NCBI GenBank assembly: GCA_051954935.1
Contig: JBQCHG010000082.1
Coordinates: 16,409-80,408, forward strand
From: Rhodanobacteraceae bacterium
GTDB taxonomy: Bacteria; Pseudomonadota; Gammaproteobacteria; Xanthomonadales; Rhodanobacteraceae
Direction: 5' to 3'
DNA length: 64,000 bases
Of the stretch, positions 58,215-64,000 are shown piece after piece. Each line of letters begins with the position of its first letter. Position 1 is the first letter of the stretch. Under the pieces are notes generated by a model. The model made no database searches, was not told the DNA's origin, and was given only the letters and a program-made list of their open reading frames with translations. The position numbers and the translations under genes are program-made.

Positions 58215-59201
58215 ATGGAAGACAAACAAACGGTGCTTTTGCGCACCATCCCGGGAGCGGCACGCGACAACGCGGCCGCGGCACTCGAGAGATCAGTGGC
58301 TCCCGCCCACCGCAGTCTTCATGCGCAAAAGACCGGGGTGGACCGGCCCATTTTCGTCGTCGGCGTCGGCCGCAGCGGCTCGACCATTTTCCACAGGATG
58401 TTTTCGGAACACCCGGACGTGGTGTGGGTGTCCGGCCTGTGCGACCGCTTCCCTTCGAAACCCGGGCTGAGCCGCGCGCTGCAGCGGATGATCGACTGGC
58501 CGCTCGTCAACCGCCCGCTCAAATACCATTACGAGCCCGGCGAGTGCTACCGGTTCTGGAATCACCATTGCCACGGGTTCTCGCGCCCCTGCCGCGATCT
58601 GCTGGCGTCCGATGTCACCGAACTGAACCGCAGCCGCGTGCCGCCGGCCATGGCGGAACTGCTGACGCACCGTAGGCAACGATTGCTGCACAAGATCACA
58701 GGCTGGCCACGAATCGGCTTCCTGCGCGAGTTGTTCCCCGACGCGCTGTTCATCCATATCTATCGTGACGGGCGCGCGGTGGCCAGCTCGCTGCTGGCCG
58801 TGGATTTCTGGGACGGCTGGGGAGGCCCGGACCGGTGGCGCTGGGGCGAACTTTCCGAAGCGCAGCGCGCCGAATGGGAGCGTCACGGCAAGTCGTTCGT
58901 GGCCCTTGCTGGCCTGCAATGGAAATTGCTGATGGACGCCACCCGCGAAGCCGCGGCGCGCATTCCTGCCGGGCAATTCATGCAGCTGCGGTACGAGGAT
59001 TTCGTCATGGACCCGACGCGGCACTTCCGTGACGTGGTGAAATTCTGCGGGCTCGACTGGCCGCCACGCTTCGAGAAGGCGATCGGCAAATACAAGCTGC
59101 GCAGCACCAACGGCAAATGGCGACACGAGCTCACGCCCGAACAGCAGACCGTGCTGCAATCGGTGCTCGGCGAAAGCCTGGCGGAGTACGGCTACACCTG
59201 A
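58215..59201 (+). CDS. Sulfotransferase family protein
   Basis: The 5'-PSB loop is PIFVVGVGRSGSTIFHRMF and the 3'-PB-like motif is FIHIYRDGRAVASS. GAGGGAG lies 6 nt upstream of the ATG. The upstream spacer has low GC (27/60 at 58081-58140). Confidence 0.75.
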   Translation: MEDKQTVLLRTIPGAARDNAAAALERSVAPAHRSLHAQKTGVDRPIFVVGVGRSGSTIFHRMFSEHPDVVWVSGLCDRFPSKPGLSRALQRMIDWPLVNRPLKYHYEPGECYRFWNHHCHGFSRPCRDLLASDVTELNRSRVPPAMAELLTHRRQRLLHKITGWPRIGFLRELFPDALFIHIYRDGRAVASSLLAVDFWDGWGGPDRWRWGELSEAQRAEWERHGKSFVALAGLQWKLLMDATREAAARIPAGQFMQLRYEDFVMDPTRHFRDVVKFCGLDWPPRFEKAIGKYKLRSTNGKWRHELTPEQQTVLQSVLGESLAEYGYT

Positions 59202-59223
59202 GGCCAGGTATCAAGGCGTCGGC

Positions 59224-62200
59224 TCAGCGCGCCGGTTCGCCCGCGCGCGCCAATTCGCAGCGTGCGGCAATGAACTTGAGGCAGTTCTCCGCCGACAACG
59301 GCATGGAGAACCAGTGCCCCTGGATCTCATCGCAGCCTTGGCTTCGCAGGAATGCCAGCTGTTCCGGCGTCTCCACGCCTTCGGCGATCACGTTCAGTTC
59401 CAGCGAATGCGCCATCGTGATGATGGTGGAGGTGATAGAGGCGTCATCCGGATCGGTGGTGATGTCGCCGACGAATTCCCGATCGATCTTCAGCGTATCG
59501 ATCGGCAGGCGCTTGAGATAGACCAGGGAGGAGTAGCCGGTCCCGAAATCGTCGATCGCCAGCCGCACGCCGATCGACTTCAGTTCGGTGAGGATGCGCA
59601 CCGACTGCTCCGCATTGGCCATGACCATGCTCTCGGTCAGCTCCAGCTCGAGCTGGTCCGGCGCGATGTCGTAATCGGCCAGGATTTCGCACATGCGCAA
59701 GGTAAGCTCCGCCCGCTGCAATTGCGCGGCGGACAGGTTCACCGCCATCGTGATCCCGTGCAGGCCGGCCTCGCGGAAATCCTTCAGCGCGGCACACGCG
59801 CTGATCAGCACGAATTCGCCGATCTCGTGGATCAATCCGGTTTCTTCGGCGAGCGGTATGAATACCGTCGGCGGGATCGCGCCGAGCTCGCCGCTGTTCC
59901 AGCGCAACAGCGCTTCCACTCCGGTGATGCGGCCGCTGTGGATCGCCATTTTCGGCTGGTACACCAACTCGAATTCCCTCCGCTCCAGCGCGCGCCGCAA
60001 CGCCGCGATCAGGCGTGCGCGATCGCGCGCCTGCGCGTCCATGCGCGCGTGGTACACCGTGTAGGTGTTGCGGCCGCGCTCCTTGGCCTGGTACATCGCG
60101 GTGTCGGCGTACTTCAGAAGATCGGTCGGGACCTGACCGTGATCGGGGTATATCGAGATGCCGATCGAAGGCGAGATCACCACTTCCTGCGATCCGCCCA
60201 GGCCCAGCGGCGACTGGAACGCCTCGATCAGTCGCTGCGCCATTTCCTCGGCGTCGCGCACGTCCAGGACTTCCTCGAGGATCACGGTGAACTCGTCGCC
60301 CCCCAGACGCGCCACGGTGTCCTGCTCTCGAACCACATGGCGCAGACGCGCGCCGGCGGCCTTGAGCATGCGGTCGCCGGCGGCGTGGCCCATCGAATCG
60401 TTGACGTGCTTGAAGCGATCCAGGTCGATGAACAACACCGCCACCTTGTGGCTGCCGCGACGCGCATTGATGATCGCGTGGCCGAGCCGCTCGCCCAGCA
60501 GGGTGCGGTTCGGCAATCCGGTGAGCGTGTCGTAGTTGGCGAGATAACGCAGTTCCTGCTCCGCCCGCTTGCGATCGGTGATGTCGGTCAGCACGCAGAC
60601 GATATGGCTGGGCTGGCCGCTGCTGTCGCGCACCTGGTTGATCTCTATCCAGCAGAGGAATTCCTCTCCGTCCTTGCGCCGCTGCCACATCTCGCCGCGC
60701 CAGTGCCCGGCCTCGGCCAGCACATTGCGGACGTTGTGGTAGATCTCCGGCGCGTGCTGGCGACAGTTGAGCAGTGCGGCGTCGCGGCCGATCACCTCTT
60801 CCTCCACGTAGCCGGTCATGCGTGTGAACGCGGGATTGACCGAAATGAAGTGGTAATTGAGATCGGTGACGGTAACCGCCTCGGTCATGCTGCGGATGAC
60901 TTCAGCCGCGACCCGGCGGTCGCGCTCTGCCGCGCGCAGGGCGCTGATGTCGCGCGCGGTGCCGCAGATGCGCAGCGGCCTGCCCGATTCGTCGCGTTCC
61001 ACGATCTTGCCGCGCGAGATCACCCATACCCAGTCGCCCCGCGTGTTCATCAGCCGGTGCTCGGCTTCGAAATGATCGCTGTTGCCGCCCACGTGCTCGG
61101 CGAGCGCATGCTCGACGCGTTCGAGGTCATCCGGGTGCACGGCGAAATTGCGCCAGTCGTCTATCGTGATGCTCTCCTCGCGGTGGCCGCCCGGAAGACC
61201 GTCGGCGCCGAGCCTGAAGATCATCCCCGCGTGCAGGTCCCAATCCCAGAATTCGTCGCCGGAACCCCACAAGGCGAGGCGCAGGCGATCTTCGCGCAGG
61301 CGCAATTGCTTCTGGTGGCGCAGCTCTTCCAGTCGCTTGCCGCGCCAGGTCAGCACGAGCGCCAGCACGATGAGCAACGCCGCCGCCGCGTAGAGCGCGC
61401 GCATCACCGGTCTCGACCACCAGGGCGCCAGCACCTTCAGCGGCAGAACGGCCGCGGCACCGAAGGTTCCATTGCGACTGCGGCCCTGCACCTCCAGCCG
61501 GTATGCGCCCGGCGCCAGATTGGTCCAGGTGGCGCTGTGGCGCATGCCGATGTCCACCCAGCTGTCGTCGTAACCCAGCAGCCGATACCGGAAGTGGTTG
61601 CGCTGCGGCGTAGCGTAATCGAGGGCGGCGAAGTCCACGTGCAGGCTGCGCGACCCGGTCGGCACCTGCAGGACCGGGTCGCCCGGCGCCGGCGCAGCCA
61701 CCAGCCGTGAGTCGATGCGCACCCCGGTGATCATCGCCGGCGGTTTGAAGGCGCTTGACTTGAGCGCACCGACATCGAGCACATCGAAGCCGTTGATGCC
61801 GCCGAACACCAGCCGTCCGTCGCGCAACGCAAGGCATGCGCCGGAATCGTATTCGTCACCCTGCAAGCCGTCGCTGGTCTGGAATGCGCGGATGCTGCCG
61901 TCGCGCTGATCCAGCCGGCCGATGCCGAGGTTGGTGCTGAACCATACGTCGCCGTGCGCGTCTTCCAGCATGCAGTACGTGGTGCCGTCAGGCATGCCGT
62001 CGCGGGTGCCGTAGCGCCGGAAGTGCGCGCCGGCATCATCTATCCACAGCAGCCGATCCAGGCCCGAAAGCGTGCCGACCCAAACGGTCGCATCCTTGCC
62101 GATCATCACGTCCAGCACGGTGTGGCCGCTCAGCGAATCGGCGCGACCGGGAAGCTCGTGGAAGTTGCGCACCTTTTGCGCCGAGGGATCGATCAGCGAC

Positions 62201-63834
62201 AGGCCATCTATGGTTCCGGCCCAGATCCGGCCCATGCCGTCTTCCGCCAGCGTCAAAACGATGCTGCTGGCGATGGCATTTTCGCCATCCGCGTGGGCGC
62301 GATAGTGGTGCAGCAGTTTGCCATCGCGGTACTGCAGCAGGCCGTCGTCGCCGCGCGCGAGCCACAGGTCGCCATTGCGCGCGCGCAGCAATGCGCGGAT
62401 GTCCGGCGGGGAACCGGCCGCATCTCCATCGTCCGGCAGTTTCAACAATACGGCACTGCGCGCCTGCGGATCGAAGCTCAACAGCCCGCGGCTGCTGGCG
62501 ACCAACAGCTTGCCGCCGCCGTCCGGAAGGATGGCGTAGACCCGAAGCGGCACGCGCGCATCCGGCAAAAGTGAATCCGGTTCGACCTGTTCGGCCTTGC
62601 CTTCGCGAGGCACCGCGACGGCGCGCGCGAGCACGTCGCCGAAATTCTCGAAGGTACCGCTCGCCGGCAGGTAATGCACCAGCGCATCGCCCACAGCGCC
62701 CAGCCAGAGGCTGCCGTCAGGCGCCTCGTAGAACGTGCGCAGGTGATTGCCGCCGGAATTCCTCGCCCCCGGATCGAGATTGATGATGGTATGGAACGGC
62801 GAGCCGTCCGGATCGGTCCAGGCTGCGCCATGCGCCATCGTGCCGACCCACAGCAGGCCGGAGCGATCGACAAACAATCCGCCTATCGCGCCGTCCGGCA
62901 AGCCGCCGGGAATGTCGGTTTGCGGCGGTCTGACGCTCAGCGCCTTGCCGTTGCCATCCAGCCGCAGCAGGCCGGAACCGGCGAGGCTCAGCCACAACCG
63001 GCCCGCGTGGTCCTCGACGATATGGGTGACGCGCACGGGCGCGTTCACGCCGGGCAGTTGCAAGCGGGTGAGCGCGCCGGTTTCGCGATCAATCTGCGCC
63101 AGGCCATGGCCGTCGCCCAGCAGCAACCGTCCGCGGTGATCGCAGTACAAGGCGCTGACCGGATCGGTCGGATCGGCAAGCACGCGCGCCGGCGCGGTGC
63201 CGCGATCCAGCGTCAGCACGCTGTGCGCGGCAGCGGCGTACACGGAGTCGTCCGGGCAGCGCGCAAACGCACTCACCACGGACTCGCTGCCGCCCGGGTT
63301 TTTCCAGAGCCGCCGCGAGCGGGCGTAAGGCACGCCGATGCGCTCGATGCCGTGTGCGTCCGAGACCAGCAGGGCGCCGCCCGGCAGATCCTGCAAGGCG
63401 TACACGTAAGCGTCCGGCGCCAGCGCCGCCGGAGGCAGCGGCAGCGCGCGATCGTGATCCGGATCGAAAAGCACCAACCCGCCGCTGTGGCTGCCGACCC
63501 AAAGCTTGCCGTCTCCGGCATCGGCCAGGGCGGTGACCAGGTTGTCGGGCAGGCTGTCCGTGCGATCGGGATCGTGCTGGAACCGCCGCAGACTGTAACC
63601 ATCGAACCGGTGCAGGCCGCCTTCCGTCGCCAGCCAGATATAGCCGCGCGAGTCCTGCGCGATCACGTCCACGCTGTTCTGCGCCAGCCCCGAACCGCTG
63701 TCCAGCTTCTGGAAATAGAAATCCCGCTCGTAGGCCTGCGCCGCCACCGCGCACAGCAGCAAGGCGAGCGCCACCAGCAGGCGCGGCAGGCCGTGCCGAT
63801 GAGTGCGGCACCGCGATGAATGCATGAACGACAT
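59224..63834 (-). CDS. Propeller/Y_Y_Y sensor - TM - PAS-PAS - GGDEF - EAL protein (c-di-GMP turnover)
   Basis: Signal/TM is LLVALALLLCAVAAQA. Repeated blades (RGYIWLATEGGLHRFDG etc.) are followed by a TM segment and two PAS domains. The GGDEF domain has an intact LGGDEF. The EAL domain has EALLRW and DDFGTGYSSL. The start is ATG 63834 or 63825. Confidence 0.88.
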   Translation of the reverse strand: MSFMHSSRCRTHRHGLPRLLVALALLLCAVAAQAYERDFYFQKLDSGSGLAQNSVDVIAQDSRGYIWLATEGGLHRFDGYSLRRFQHDPDRTDSLPDNLVTALADAGDGKLWVGSHSGGLVLFDPDHDRALPLPPAALAPDAYVYALQDLPGGALLVSDAHGIERIGVPYARSRRLWKNPGGSESVVSAFARCPDDSVYAAAAHSVLTLDRGTAPARVLADPTDPVSALYCDHRGRLLLGDGHGLAQIDRETGALTRLQLPGVNAPVRVTHIVEDHAGRLWLSLAGSGLLRLDGNGKALSVRPPQTDIPGGLPDGAIGGLFVDRSGLLWVGTMAHGAAWTDPDGSPFHTIINLDPGARNSGGNHLRTFYEAPDGSLWLGAVGDALVHYLPASGTFENFGDVLARAVAVPREGKAEQVEPDSLLPDARVPLRVYAILPDGGGKLLVASSRGLLSFDPQARSAVLLKLPDDGDAAGSPPDIRALLRARNGDLWLARGDDGLLQYRDGKLLHHYRAHADGENAIASSIVLTLAEDGMGRIWAGTIDGLSLIDPSAQKVRNFHELPGRADSLSGHTVLDVMIGKDATVWVGTLSGLDRLLWIDDAGAHFRRYGTRDGMPDGTTYCMLEDAHGDVWFSTNLGIGRLDQRDGSIRAFQTSDGLQGDEYDSGACLALRDGRLVFGGINGFDVLDVGALKSSAFKPPAMITGVRIDSRLVAAPAPGDPVLQVPTGSRSLHVDFAALDYATPQRNHFRYRLLGYDDSWVDIGMRHSATWTNLAPGAYRLEVQGRSRNGTFGAAAVLPLKVLAPWWSRPVMRALYAAAALLIVLALVLTWRGKRLEELRHQKQLRLREDRLRLALWGSGDEFWDWDLHAGMIFRLGADGLPGGHREESITIDDWRNFAVHPDDLERVEHALAEHVGGNSDHFEAEHRLMNTRGDWVWVISRGKIVERDESGRPLRICGTARDISALRAAERDRRVAAEVIRSMTEAVTVTDLNYHFISVNPAFTRMTGYVEEEVIGRDAALLNCRQHAPEIYHNVRNVLAEAGHWRGEMWQRRKDGEEFLCWIEINQVRDSSGQPSHIVCVLTDITDRKRAEQELRYLANYDTLTGLPNRTLLGERLGHAIINARRGSHKVAVLFIDLDRFKHVNDSMGHAAGDRMLKAAGARLRHVVREQDTVARLGGDEFTVILEEVLDVRDAEEMAQRLIEAFQSPLGLGGSQEVVISPSIGISIYPDHGQVPTDLLKYADTAMYQAKERGRNTYTVYHARMDAQARDRARLIAALRRALERREFELVYQPKMAIHSGRITGVEALLRWNSGELGAIPPTVFIPLAEETGLIHEIGEFVLISACAALKDFREAGLHGITMAVNLSAAQLQRAELTLRMCEILADYDIAPDQLELELTESMVMANAEQSVRILTELKSIGVRLAIDDFGTGYSSLVYLKRLPIDTLKIDREFVGDITTDPDDASITSTIITMAHSLELNVIAEGVETPEQLAFLRSQGCDEIQGHWFSMPLSAENCLKFIAARCELARAGEPAR

Positions 63835-63937
63835 ACTCGGAACAAAATTCCCCACCCGGCGAGTGTAGCCGAGCGCCTGCTCCCTCGCTGCTAGAATCAT
63901 GCCGAAATCCAAGCATCAACAGACTCCTGGTGCCACG

Positions 63938-64000
63938 ATGCACGCCACGATCAACCACGCCGAACTCGCCGCCGCACTCGCCGCGATGCGGCTGGGCGTG
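63938..64000 (+). CDS. Start of an unidentified gene (21 codons, runs off the right edge; possibly UPF0149/YgfB-like)
   Basis: Sequence is MHATINHAELAAALAAMRLGV. It is too short to assign, and the family guess rests only on the N-terminal pattern. Confidence 0.25.
   Translation, partial: MHATINHAELAAALAAMRLGV

Noticed and set aside
58123-58470. Small ORF (MYSDLIEDGGVICCKSVPF...) starting upstream of the sulfotransferase, considered as a possible RaxX-like sulfated-peptide precursor
   Set aside because: It overlaps the sulfotransferase gene out of frame for about 250 nt. It has no RBS, no signal or leader, and no acidic-Tyr sulfation motif. It is most likely spurious. Only a dedicated peptide search or proteomics could revive it.

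Overview
This is a high-GC gammaproteobacterial chromosome segment. Hand counts give about 45/60 G+C in typical genes. It best fits Xanthomonadales/Lysobacterales, based on the Xps-type T2SS gene order E-F-G-H-I-J-K-L-M-N-D, GTAG-type REPs and the rsmI-rnpB-mraZ arrangement. The content is almost entirely core genome. It holds the promoter-proximal half of the dcw cluster (mraZ-rsmH-ftsL-ftsI-murE-murF), RNase P RNA, rsmI and a divergent lpoA-yraN-BON lipoprotein set. It also holds a FAD oxidase, a UDG-family gene and the string nrdR-ribD-[FMN riboswitch]-ribE-ribBA-ribH-nusB-thiL-pgpA. Further genes are glyA, ettA, yhhQ, a complete 11-gene T2SS, sdaA, yceI-cytochrome b561-yceI, pepA with divergent lptF-lptG, xerD, dsbC and purL. 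Two very large propeller-domain sensors are present, one a hybrid histidine kinase and one a PAS-GGDEF-EAL protein. I found no CRISPR array, tRNA, rRNA, transposase, phage gene or recognisable defence gene. I do not see a convincing novel multi-gene system and say so plainly. The observations most worth follow-up are: (1) a lipidated T2SS secretin with a Gly/Asn-rich insert and a C-terminal SPOR-like domain; (2) a low-GC islet next to the T2SS operon that encodes an MBL-fold protein with an unassignable C-terminal half and a Ser/Gln/Met-rich secreted protein; (3) a methyltransferase-like gene coupled to the purL stop codon, followed by a sulfotransferase; (4) several families of small repeats that sit on stop codons or are inserted in frame into housekeeping genes (thiL, ribD, gspK, gspG, purL); (5) an operon-internal FMN riboswitch; (6) an unusually long structured mraZ-rsmH spacer. 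All functional calls come from reading the translated ORFs and motifs by eye. No database search was run.
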